A stretch of DNA of 64,000 nucleotides from a virus, in the IMG/VR virus record IMGVR_UViG_3300027762_000294, positions 11,469-75,468 of that record; one strand, 5' to 3'. The number at the start of each line of letters is the position of its first letter. Position 1 is the stretch's first letter. A program made the position numbers and the translations under genes. This document shows positions 54,198 to 63,069 of the stretch, piece after piece. The notes below the pieces were generated by a model that saw only the letters and a program-made list of their open reading frames with translations, ran no database searches and had not been told where the DNA came from.

Positions 54198-55358
54198 TTA
54201 TCCACCGATGATTTGGATAGCAGGTTGAACTGCCACAATACCATAAAAAACATCTAAGGCTAATATCTTCTTAGCTGAATCAGGATCCATATATTCACGC
54301 AATCGCAAACTTAATCCTGTCTTAGGATCGCTGACTGTGCTCATAATGCCACCGCCATAACCTTGATCTACAACTGGCGGGACCATAGTGGCATAAACCA
54401 AGGACGTTTTGGAATAAAACAGGCTGCGGTTGCCGCCATAATCTTGTACCATAACCACATCATTTAACACTAGATCATCTTGTAAAGGAGGATTAATAGT
54501 TAAGCCTCGATACCCGGTAGTTGGTGATGTTACATTTGTAATGGTGTGCCAACTATCTGATTTAGGAACGTAAATAGAATCTCCATTTACCAATGTGGTG
54601 TTGTTGGCATTATAAATGACAAGAAAAGTAGAACCCTTAGTTAAAATACTCCCGTATAGGTTAGAAGCTGTCCACGTTGGGATAACAGTAGTTCCTTTCG
54701 TTTTAACAGGAATATTGTGAGACCGCGTAACCTCAAATCCCAAAGTTTGTCCAATTGAACCGGTGCGCAATGCTTCTTGAGTTTGTGCATTAGCAAATCC
54801 TAAAATATTAGCCGAATTCATTAAGCTCATATGCGCTGTAGATAATGTGCAATACATAGGATGAGCTTCTTGACTATAGCCCATCTTTTCCATAGCATTC
54901 ATTCCTGTAATCATATCTTGAAAACTGAATTCAGTAGAAACTTTAGTTGCATATTGAATTGGAGTTTGACACATAACAGCCACGGCATCATCTTCAATTT
55001 TTGAAGCAATTGCGGAAACCGCAGGCTTTAAATGTGAGTCTAAAAGTTCTGCCATTGAATAATCAGTTGCTAAACTAGACGCTCCGATTCTCACAGAAGC
55101 ATATTTGTTTATTTGACCCTCAACAGCATTAGGTTGTAGATCCTGAACCGTCGGGGCATTAATATCATATACAATAATGTTGTTAGGAATTGGAATTGGA
55201 AAACGATTAGTTCCTTGTGGAAACACCCCTGCTGTGGTTGATCTTTGTAAGATAGGAGTTCTGGTCTCGAGCTCGAGAAGCAAATTCCACATTATAACTT
55301 TTAAGGCTAGTGGTTGACTACCTGAATTGAAATAATTAACTTGTTTGATAGCTGGCAT
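54198..55358 (-). CDS. Major capsid protein, P22 coat (gene 5)-like
   Basis: LKPAVSAIASKIEDD, ALRTGSIGQTLGFEVTRSHNIP, GLSLRLRE...ALDVFYG. Confidence 0.85.
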   Translation of the reverse strand: MPAIKQVNYFNSGSQPLALKVIMWNLLLELETRTPILQRSTTAGVFPQGTNRFPIPIPNNIIVYDINAPTVQDLQPNAVEGQINKYASVRIGASSLATDYSMAELLDSHLKPAVSAIASKIEDDAVAVMCQTPIQYATKVSTEFSFQDMITGMNAMEKMGYSQEAHPMYCTLSTAHMSLMNSANILGFANAQTQEALRTGSIGQTLGFEVTRSHNIPVKTKGTTVIPTWTASNLYGSILTKGSTFLVIYNANNTTLVNGDSIYVPKSDSWHTITNVTSPTTGYRGLTINPPLQDDLVLNDVVMVQDYGGNRSLFYSKTSLVYATMVPPVVDQGYGGGIMSTVSDPKTGLSLRLREYMDPDSAKKILALDVFYGIVAVQPAIQIIGG

Positions 55359-55361
55359 AGA

Positions 55362-55892
55362 TTATACTCCCTTTACTAGGTTTTTAAATTCTTCATACGT
55401 TTTTGGCTCGGGGCTCGCTTCTTCAACAACAGGCTCTTCAGCTTTTGGGGTCAAGGTTTGTAAAAAAGTGGTAAGTACAGCGACCGGGACTTTGAGACTT
55501 AACTCCCCACCCGTTTGATAAAATCCCTCATAATCGATATATTGAGCAAACGGATCTTTGTGAGCTCCCAACTCTAACTCTCCAAGTCTCATGATTGCAG
55601 CTCTAAATTTTTCAGGGACTTCACTACTAGGAGGCACAGACACTTCTGCATCGGCTGTAAGCAGCGGTGGGGGAATAACTGACGCCGAGGGATCAACGAC
55701 CACCGGGGCGGGCAATTCTTCCACAACAGGGGCAACCGACTCAATAACTTCCTCAATGTTAGTTACAATACCATCAGGGGGAACGTCAACCACTACAACC
55801 TCTTCATTTGAAGTTGGAGGGACAATACCTTCCTCAATAAGCTTCTTTTCTTCTTCTTCGTCATTTGTTACTATGTTAGTGGTATCAACCAT
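55362..55892 (-). CDS. Capsid scaffolding-like protein
   Basis: Very acidic, Pro/Val-rich, immediately upstream of the capsid gene. Confidence 0.55.
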   Translation of the reverse strand: MVDTTNIVTNDEEEEKKLIEEGIVPPTSNEEVVVVDVPPDGIVTNIEEVIESVAPVVEELPAPVVVDPSASVIPPPLLTADAEVSVPPSSEVPEKFRAAIMRLGELELGAHKDPFAQYIDYEGFYQTGGELSLKVPVAVLTTFLQTLTPKAEEPVVEEASPEPKTYEEFKNLVKGV

Positions 55893-55913
55893 TTTGAATT
55901 CTCCTTTTTAAGG

Positions 55914-56915
55914 TTAAATTTCTTTTACTAAAGACATGACTTTCTCAACCTTGTCATATTCGTTTTCGATTAACTCGCATCTCAACACATTTGCGATATC
56001 CGTGGCTAGTCTAAAAATACGAGACTGTTGACTATTGTGACTGACCAAAGTTGTGATTGCCCCTTGATTCGACTCCAAACCTCCCGGCAGCAACAACCCC
56101 AACTCTTCAAAGATGCTATCTTTATGATTTTTGATGATAGTCTCCGTCACCATCAACAGATTACCATCATGAGTAACCCAACTGACCTCACCTTCACCTC
56201 TAAACTCAAATACCGTCGTTGGGGATAATGTAAAATCTTCGGTTGATAATCCTTTACGGGTAAACATTGGGAACGATGAAATGGTAAGGGATAAGTTGTG
56301 TGTTGATGCGATTGTATAATACGAAGCAATTGTTGCTAAATACTTGGAAAACACTGATCTTGTTGGAGTTAAAAAACTTTCTCCCTCATACGCAATAAAT
56401 CGCAAGTAATCCCGTTCCCATAAATTGATAATTTGTTGTTTATTTTTTGGATTAACATCCATAAGAAATATATCTGAAGAAACAACGTCATTCCCAACTA
56501 AATAAACACTCCCTGAAATCATGATTTCTTTCACGATCCCAGCAATGTATTTAGATGAGACCACGGACCCATCATCACGTTTGAACGTAAACGAATTTAA
56601 CATATAATCGACGCGGTTGTTAATCACGGTTGCTATGATGTTAGGTGCCACAAGTACACTTAACCGACCCCGATAAGTTTTTTGATCTTCATCCTCGAAC
56701 GGAGGACACAGGTATAATAACGTGTCTAAACAAATCCCATCTTGATATATCATTCTTACAATGTCATTCCCACCGTGCTGGTTTGTAGTAAATGTGATCA
56801 TTAAATTCTCTCCTCTATATAATAAATATACCACACTCCCCTTTAGAATACCAGCGGTATTCCCCTGAGTGTAGCCAAAGGTCCGACCAACGGTACTTTC
56901 GTAGGGCAATTTCAT
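55914..56915 (-). CDS. Portal protein (DUF4055-like, compact 333 aa)
   Basis: YLCPPFEDEDQKTYRGRLSVLVAPN and EVSWVTHDGN resemble DUF4055-type portals; first gene of the head operon. Confidence 0.6.
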   Translation of the reverse strand: MKLPYESTVGRTFGYTQGNTAGILKGSVVYLLYRGENLMITFTTNQHGGNDIVRMIYQDGICLDTLLYLCPPFEDEDQKTYRGRLSVLVAPNIIATVINNRVDYMLNSFTFKRDDGSVVSSKYIAGIVKEIMISGSVYLVGNDVVSSDIFLMDVNPKNKQQIINLWERDYLRFIAYEGESFLTPTRSVFSKYLATIASYYTIASTHNLSLTISSFPMFTRKGLSTEDFTLSPTTVFEFRGEGEVSWVTHDGNLLMVTETIIKNHKDSIFEELGLLLPGGLESNQGAITTLVSHNSQQSRIFRLATDIANVLRCELIENEYDKVEKVMSLVKEI

Positions 56916-56922
56916 TATGGAA

Positions 56923-57007
56923 TGGGAATTGGAATGAGGGCGACTTACCACTATCGTAATGTTAACCTCCTACTACGTAGTGGGAATTGGAATGAGGGCG
57001 ACTTACC
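56923..57007. repeat. Two exact 27-bp direct repeats separated by 31 bp
   Basis: TGGGAATTGGAATGAGGGCGACTTACC at 56923-56949 and 56981-57007. Confidence 0.9.
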
Positions 57008-57287
57008 CTCCAAACGAGCGATGGGAACGATACTACACCCCCCCCCTCCTTCAAATGCGTGAATACGCCTGCCTTAGTCCTGTATCAAAAAAATTCTAAA
57101 AATGCCCACGCCCCCTCAAATCATAAAGAAGGGGTGTAATAGCCCCGTGGTAAAGAGATCTCAGTTAAGCCGGATCATTATGCCTAGGGATGTAATCGTT
57201 TAAGGGTGGGGCGATTAGGACGTTGTAGGGCAAAATCAATCCAATAAAAGAAGAAAGGTTGATTAGGGCAGAAGCGCAGCCAAAGAT

Positions 57288-57434
57288 AATCTTCACAAAC
57301 AGGGAAAAACGTAACTAAAACATCAATCAAAGTATCACTTTTGACCGCGCTTAAGTTATTGATTTATAACGATACAGACTTTTTTAGACATTGGAAGATG
57401 AATCTTCACAAACAGGGGAAAAACGTAACCAAAA
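57288..57434. repeat. Iteron-like direct repeat pair
   Basis: AATCTTCACAAACAGGG(G)AAAAACGTAACYAAAA at 57288 and 57401. Confidence 0.85.
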
Positions 57435-57785
57435 CCCCAATATATCGCCAGCAATAACCCCACTTCCAAAGGGTCAAAAAAGATTAACATTTATTATTAG
57501 TGTGGGTATTCAAGTTATAGAGGAAAGTGGCTTGTTTATTTAGGAAAACTTAAGATCGCGTCAACGGCGCAGTTTAAGGTACATTGGAAGTTTACTTTGA
57601 AACACGTCAAACCCCGCCATATTTTACTACATTGAAGTATCTTTCATACGACGTATAATACCCATTTATTATAAAAATTCTTCTTATATATTAATAGCTT
57701 ACATAGTTTAAGATCACTTATATTATATTTTTTAAAAAAGTTTAAGATTTAAAATATATATATATTTAAGGGTAGTAACATCTTA

Positions 57786-58413
57786 TTTCATTTCCTTGAA
57801 TTGCTTTAACGTAGTATAGGGTAGGGGATGGTATTTAATACGTCATAAGAAACTGTCAAAGTGTCGAAAAAGATTGAGAGAGATAAGTGTGAATAATCAA
57901 TAACTTAAGAAGTTTTAAATTTGAAGAAGAGAGATAATAGGAAAATTTAGTCTAAGTGATCTGAAATCACGTAAGCCCTTGATTGATAGGAATAATTTTC
58001 ATAATAAACTTGTATGTATACTCTATATGGCGGTAAATTCTAAACACAAGTATACACTTACAAGATGTAATTGAACTTAGCCCGGTAAAGAAGATCCTTT
58101 CATTTCCTTGAATTGCTTTAACGTAGTATAGGGTAGGGGATGGTATTTAATACGTCATAAGAAACTGTCAAAGTGTCGAAAAAGATTGAGAGAGATAAGT
58201 GTGAATAATCAATAACTTAAGAAGTTTTAAATTTGAAGAAGAGAGATAATAGGAAAATTTAGTCTAAGTGATCTGAAATCACGTAAGCCCTTGATTGATA
58301 GGAATAATTTTCATAATAAACTTGTATGTATACTCTATATGGCGGTAAATTCTAAACACAAGTATACACTTACAAGATGTAATTGAACTTAGCCCGGTAA
58401 AGAAGATCCTTTC
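57786..58413. repeat. Tandem duplication of a 312-bp unit
   Basis: 57786-58097 repeated at 58098-58409, no differences seen by eye, with TTTC microhomology at the junctions. Confidence 0.92.
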
Positions 58414-58483
58414 CTTCCCTTTGGATTGCCCTAGGAGCCCCAAGGTTGAACGATCGTATATACCCCATGCCATATAGCCAGGC

Positions 58484-58515
58484 AAAAAAAACCCGGCGTA
58501 AACACTTGCCGGGTT
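58484..58515 (-). terminator. Rho-independent terminator ending the early array
   Basis: AACCCGGC/GCCGGGTT stem with a T-tract on the minus strand. Confidence 0.85.
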
Positions 58516-58542
58516 GTGGTTAGGTTACTTTACTTTACAGCG

Positions 58543-58893
58543 TTATAGATCGCGTAGCCAAGGAAGCCAGGTTAAATAAGGGATAAATCTATCTAGATAC
58601 TGCTGGTGTATCTGAGGGTCTGAGTCCAGATATAACTGCATAGTGGACCCGGGTTCATCCCCTTCAAAAATCAAGCAGCCATCCATCAGATCAAATTTGA
58701 ATAGGCAAGTTTTATACCCAAACAGAATGCAGTTCTTACGGGGCGAGCATTCAGTCAAGAGCCACGAGTAAGACTCGTCATACTCAACTCGATTGTTTAG
58801 GATAATGCCAGCCGCTTCATGTAATGTAAACTTAGTGACCATCAACAACCGTAATTCTTTTGCAACAGATAAGCACATAACTTCTTTCCTCAT
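58543..58893 (-). CDS. Early hypothetical protein, paralog family A
   Basis: FGYKTCLFKFDLMDGCLIF resembles blocks in ORFs at 60716, 61137 and 63070. Confidence 0.7.
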   Translation of the reverse strand: MRKEVMCLSVAKELRLLMVTKFTLHEAAGIILNNRVEYDESYSWLLTECSPRKNCILFGYKTCLFKFDLMDGCLIFEGDEPGSTMQLYLDSDPQIHQQYLDRFIPYLTWLPWLRDL

Positions 58894-58934
58894 TCTTGAA
58901 TTAATAAAGCGCCCCTTTCAGGGCGCGGTTGATT

Positions 58935-59507
58935 TTACTTCTGTCCTATGTCCCATGCCCCATTTAGAGCACGATTCTTATACCGCGGGTTTGCCCGTGG
59001 GTATGTGACTTGTATCATAGACGACAACATGTTGAACACAGAAGTGTTGATGGGTATGGGCACAAAATCATCAGTAAGATAATCCATTATGATGTTACCC
59101 TCGAGTTCACTGAGAATCCGCCCAGCCAATTCATCAGGAGTATCACCCCCATCATAAATAAGTCTGAACAGTATGTCCTCAAAACACAGTAACTCACTTA
59201 ATTCTATAGGATACTGCAGGGGATCACTCATGATTCTTTTTATACCGACCTCTAAAAAATGGTACTTATGTGCTAATGGAAAATAACACATATAATCAGG
59301 ATAAACCTCTGACTCTAAATCACGGGTGAAATCACGTAATGCCATGACCTCTCCAATATTCATGAAGGAATTCGAGCATGGTATGACTGGGCAATAAAAC
59401 TTGACCTTGCATCCCGTTCCTAGAATTGCAGTCACCATATTACCAACCGCCTCAACAAGTCTTACACCCTTAAAAAACGTGTACGGTTTATATAAAAGAT
59501 GAGCCAT
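58935..59507 (-). CDS. Early hypothetical protein, paralog family B
   Basis: LLYKPYT...YPDY...TSVFNM pattern shared with ORFs at 59993 and 61580. Confidence 0.7.
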   Translation of the reverse strand: MAHLLYKPYTFFKGVRLVEAVGNMVTAILGTGCKVKFYCPVIPCSNSFMNIGEVMALRDFTRDLESEVYPDYMCYFPLAHKYHFLEVGIKRIMSDPLQYPIELSELLCFEDILFRLIYDGGDTPDELAGRILSELEGNIIMDYLTDDFVPIPINTSVFNMLSSMIQVTYPRANPRYKNRALNGAWDIGQK

Positions 59508-59587
59508 TTATTCTGCCTCCCAATTCTGCATGTCTTTCAAATTTTGACCCGGGGTAAACAAACGTTCTTTCTGTTTTAAGAAAGACT

Positions 59588-59950
59588 TCATTTACGGTCT
59601 TCTTCAATCATATTCCCTCTCTTTATTGGATTGCAGGGCGCAGTTAATGTTAATGTATTAAAGACCAACTCCATCTTAAACCGTGGGTTGCCATACGGGT
59701 GGATACCTTTGTCTTTTAAAAAATCTACGAGACCACTATGACCCAATTTATAAATAAGGTCTAAAATACCTCCTATCGAAATATACCAACTCCCATTAAC
59801 AAACTGTTTGTTGTTTTCATCAATTACAGACAAGGCTTTTTCAAAATAATCAGGTGTTGATGTATCCACCCCTGAAACACAATTAGGAAAATTGTGCAAT
59901 AAAGTACGAAGTCCATATACCATAATAGGATTTACTTCAGGTAATGACAT
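59588..59950 (-). CDS. Early protein with BRO-N-like motif
   Basis: ALSVIDENN...WYISIGGILDL, similar to ORF 6126. Confidence 0.6.
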   Translation of the reverse strand: MSLPEVNPIMVYGLRTLLHNFPNCVSGVDTSTPDYFEKALSVIDENNKQFVNGSWYISIGGILDLIYKLGHSGLVDFLKDKGIHPYGNPRFKMELVFNTLTLTAPCNPIKRGNMIEEDRK

Positions 59951-59992
59951 TTATTCTCTCCTTTCTTTGCGCCCCTTTCAGGGCGCGGTTGA

Positions 59993-60661
59993 TTAACGTT
60001 TGAAATCACGCTGTTTGTTTAAAGGCTCAATATGGCGTTCTTTGGGGCGTTCGCTAATTGTTGATAACCCATAAAGCCGTGGGCGTAAGGCATTCATCAA
60101 AACTAAGATGTAATCAAACAGTGACATACTACCAGTGTTCGTCGTTGCCCATACATTAGATGGGAAGTCAGTACGATAACTTTCAATCTTAGTGTTGCGT
60201 AGTTGGTTAAACAACAATTCTATAACAAAATTATGCACCCCTAAGTTATCACGAAACGGGGAAGTGGTTTGTAAAAACTTCAACAGACGGTCAACATCAT
60301 TGATAGGCAATTCTATTGTTGAGTCAGAAAGTATTCTTGTAAGGTCAAACAGTAAGTACATATATTCAGGATTAACATCTCTCGGTTGTAGGTATCCTGG
60401 GTAAGGGGAAAGCCATAAATCATCATCAGTTGCTAAGGCACTAAGCTCATACGGGGTCAATACATGTTCAGGGTACAAGATGTTTTCAAAGGGTACTGTT
60501 GTAAACGAATGATCGCTAAATTTGCCAGTAATACCGTTTTTGTTCAACATTGTAGTGGTATAATAATCACCTGAATGAAATTCACTGAATAACAACCGGT
60601 AAGTTTCTCCTTCATTATCATATATAGTGTTGGGTCTATACCAATAACGATTGTCGCTCAT
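59993..60661 (-). CDS. Early hypothetical protein, paralog family B
   Basis: YWYRPNT...VLTPYEL...YPGYL...MSLFDY. Confidence 0.75.
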   Translation of the reverse strand: MSDNRYWYRPNTIYDNEGETYRLLFSEFHSGDYYTTTMLNKNGITGKFSDHSFTTVPFENILYPEHVLTPYELSALATDDDLWLSPYPGYLQPRDVNPEYMYLLFDLTRILSDSTIELPINDVDRLLKFLQTTSPFRDNLGVHNFVIELLFNQLRNTKIESYRTDFPSNVWATTNTGSMSLFDYILVLMNALRPRLYGLSTISERPKERHIEPLNKQRDFKR

Positions 60662-60715
60662 ACATTTATCTCCTTTCTTTGGATTGATTGAGCGCCCCTT
60701 GCAGGGCGCGGTTGA

Positions 60716-61084
60716 TTATTTGAGGCTATCACGAATTAACTTGGCTGGTTCAGGGTCGATTAAGAATGTTAGCATGACGCCGGGCATGACAACCATAAAC
60801 AACGTCCCAGAATCCAGTTCGTAAAACGTTGGGAACTTCACGGTTGTTGTGATTAAGAAATTCCCGCGGTCTAACAACGGGAACTCATCATGCAAGTGGT
60901 TTGACCAATGGGTTACCTCTTCCTCACTATAGCCACCGCCGTAAATGGGGACATGCATCATTTTAAGAAAACTATTACGCCCCTCATCACTGTTCGTCTG
61001 ATCTACTAACAACAGCCCGGCAAAGAACGCCATATTGAGCAAGCCTTGGTTATTATCTGGTAACAAGTGATCTGTATACAACAT
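60716..61084 (-). CDS. Early hypothetical protein, paralog family A
   Basis: PTFYELDSGTLFMVV. Confidence 0.7.
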   Translation of the reverse strand: MLYTDHLLPDNNQGLLNMAFFAGLLLVDQTNSDEGRNSFLKMMHVPIYGGGYSEEEVTHWSNHLHDEFPLLDRGNFLITTTVKFPTFYELDSGTLFMVVMPGVMLTFLIDPEPAKLIRDSLK

Positions 61085-61136
61085 ATTTTTTTCCTTTCTT
61101 TGGATTGATTGAGCGCCCCTTGCAGGGCGCGGTTGA

Positions 61137-61448
61137 TTAATAGGACTGTAATTCTAACTCGTCATTAACGCCCGTTATTCCCTCTTCTGGGATCTCCTTA
61201 CTCAAGATAAAACCGTCATCAATAACAGCATACAAAATCCAACGATCTAAATCAAGTACATACACGCATTCTTGGTATTTAAAGAATACCGCGTTTTTTA
61301 AACCCCATATGAAGTCACAATCCACCAAGCCAGAAGCGGCATTATCAGCGGCGGCATCTAAATGTTTAACAAAAGTTTCGGGGTCGATCAACGTCATGGT
61401 GATCAAGTCATTCATGGCTTTACTAGCCAATTCATACGTGTTGCTCAT
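61137..61448 (-). CDS. Early hypothetical protein, paralog family A (acidic)
   Basis: FFKYQECVYVLDLDRWILYAVIDD; AAGGAG RBS. Confidence 0.72.
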   Translation of the reverse strand: MSNTYELASKAMNDLITMTLIDPETFVKHLDAAADNAASGLVDCDFIWGLKNAVFFKYQECVYVLDLDRWILYAVIDDGFILSKEIPEEGITGVNDELELQSY

Positions 61449-61480
61449 TTATTACTCCTTTGTTCAGTTTGTATAATGTA

Positions 61481-61509
61481 ATTATAGCCAGGTTATGGAA
61501 AGAAGTCAA
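61481..61509 (-). promoter_or_regulatory. Strong sigma70 early promoter TTGACT-N17-TATAAT
   Basis: Near-consensus with an A/T-rich UP region; one of three near-identical copies. Confidence 0.88.
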
Positions 61510-61579
61510 GGGTCTTTGAAAAAAAAGTTGTAGAGTGTTTTCCTTTCTAGCGCCCCTTTCAGGGCGCACCTGTTATGGA

Positions 61580-62143
61580 CTAACCATTAACCACCGCGTG
61601 TATGATTCGCATAAGTTTGAGTCTATATTCAAAAAGCGACATTTCAACTTCTGTCGATTCGGCTGACGTTTTAGTTGGCAAAAGAGAAATGCGTAATTGC
61701 GATTGAGATATATAACCCAACACGTGATCAATAAACTCGTCAATTGTCATATCCGATTTCACAAGGACCCGGTATAGAAAACATTGGAGCTCTCTCAAGG
61801 GCATGTGAGCACTAAAATCTAAACCTAAGGTTTGAACCTGTTGAATCAGAAAGTTCAAAACCTCGTTCTGATATTGAGTAAGAAGATCCCGCTCTATGTA
61901 GCGGGGATAATGCGTTACTACGCATAAATCTAAAAGTCCCAGTCTGAGAGTCCCAAGATCAAACGAGGTTAGTATTTGTTCTGGCAACGGCAATTCTAGA
62001 GCTACCTCTTCTATATAACCCGGGTAGTCGTTTGCGGGATTCTTTTTCGTAATTACATAACCACATTCTGTTTTCACAGCGTGGACTAAAAGGTTTCCTT
62101 TGTCGTCAAGGGTATGGGGTGTATAAAATAAAGTGTTAGACAT
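61580..62143 (-). CDS. Early hypothetical protein, paralog family B
   Basis: LFYTPHT...ILTSFDL...YPRYI...MSLFEY. Confidence 0.75.
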   Translation of the reverse strand: MSNTLFYTPHTLDDKGNLLVHAVKTECGYVITKKNPANDYPGYIEEVALELPLPEQILTSFDLGTLRLGLLDLCVVTHYPRYIERDLLTQYQNEVLNFLIQQVQTLGLDFSAHMPLRELQCFLYRVLVKSDMTIDEFIDHVLGYISQSQLRISLLPTKTSAESTEVEMSLFEYRLKLMRIIHAVVNG

Positions 62144-62198
62144 ACATCAATTCCTCTTTCTTTGGGTTGATAAAGCGCCCCTTGCAGGGCGCGTGATG

Positions 62199-62945
62199 TT
62201 AATATCGTAAGTACCAGGTACAACCTTCGATACCGTTGATGATGATCTTGTTAGACCGCACATTATTATCAAACACTAGACATAGTGGTTGCATAGCCTT
62301 GAGTATGGTAGTTAGGGTAGAAAGCTCAAGATGGATAGAGTAGATGGGGGCGTTTGGCATACCCAATCTAACAAAGCCCGGATACTTGTCACCAGCACAA
62401 TCACCATGTATCAGATACTCTTCTTCTGCACCAATCATTCTGCCAAGGGTTGTTTTATCCGGATAAAGCCGCAAAACCACTGTGGGGGTTTTTTCAGTTA
62501 CGTTCTCTGTCTTCACATTTTCAACTGCTTTACAAAGAGAACCATACTCCAATTTAACAGGGGCACCGGGAGTGGACAGTTCAAATCTCTCAGTGTCATA
62601 TGGGGCTTGACTTGAGATCGATGTTTCTTTTACGCCAACCGTTGCGTTATACAATACGAAACTCAACGAGTTGGCAGGATGAGCGTCATAATAACATTTG
62701 ACAAGTTTGTTGTTTTTACCAACTTCGGATTTTAACCGCTTAACAGTATCTTGGGAGACCGCTAACCAAAAACCTTCACCTTCATAATAAGAGGGCACGG
62801 TATACTCAAAACAAATCCCGTATTTGTCAACCATTAACGACACATTCTTGCTAGTAACTTGGATCAGTAATTTACTTCCCTTCGTATACTGATCTAGTGC
62901 GATTTTTAATCGCCGTTGTGAGATTTCAAACACCTTAATTGCCAT
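62199..62945 (-). CDS. Divergent beta-clamp-like protein (early)
   Basis: Similar size and alternating strand/helix pattern to 17620..18321, sharing an API...L...L block; weak call. Confidence 0.4.
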   Translation of the reverse strand: MAIKVFEISQRRLKIALDQYTKGSKLLIQVTSKNVSLMVDKYGICFEYTVPSYYEGEGFWLAVSQDTVKRLKSEVGKNNKLVKCYYDAHPANSLSFVLYNATVGVKETSISSQAPYDTERFELSTPGAPVKLEYGSLCKAVENVKTENVTEKTPTVVLRLYPDKTTLGRMIGAEEEYLIHGDCAGDKYPGFVRLGMPNAPIYSIHLELSTLTTILKAMQPLCLVFDNNVRSNKIIINGIEGCTWYLRY

Positions 62946-62978
62946 ACAACTTTTCCTTTGTTTAGTTTTGATGATGTA

Positions 62979-63007
62979 ATTATAGCTCGGTTGTGGACAG
63001 AAGTCAA
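62979..63007 (-). promoter_or_regulatory. Strong sigma70 early promoter TTGACT-N17-TATAAT
   Basis: Second copy. Confidence 0.88.
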
Positions 63008-63069
63008 GGTTTTTTTTCTTTTTTTTGGAGGGGTCAGTGATTGTGCCCCTTACAGGGCACAGTTAAAGG

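Larger units (their letters stand above)
58909..63061 (-). repeat. Seven dispersed copies of hairpin GYGCCCT-GNAA-GGGGCRC placed just after stop codons
   Basis: Copies at 58909, 59969, 60692, 61113, 61550, 62175 and 63043; loops GAAA/GCAA/GTAA; compensatory C-G to T-A change in the last copy. Confidence 0.92.

Noticed and set aside
56923-57007. CRISPR array call
   Set aside because: Only two repeats, non-palindromic, no recognisable repeat family or cas genes; kept as an unexplained repeat
58279-58485. 68-aa minus-strand ORF
   Set aside because: Starts in the terminator tail and runs into the non-coding 312-bp repeat; no RBS
58909-63061. Integron attC sites, IS200/IS605 ends or a true CRISPR array
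   Set aside because: No GTTRRRY core or extrahelical-base pattern, no integrase, TnpA or cas gene in the window, and the spacing is whole genes; GNRA conservation favours an RNA role
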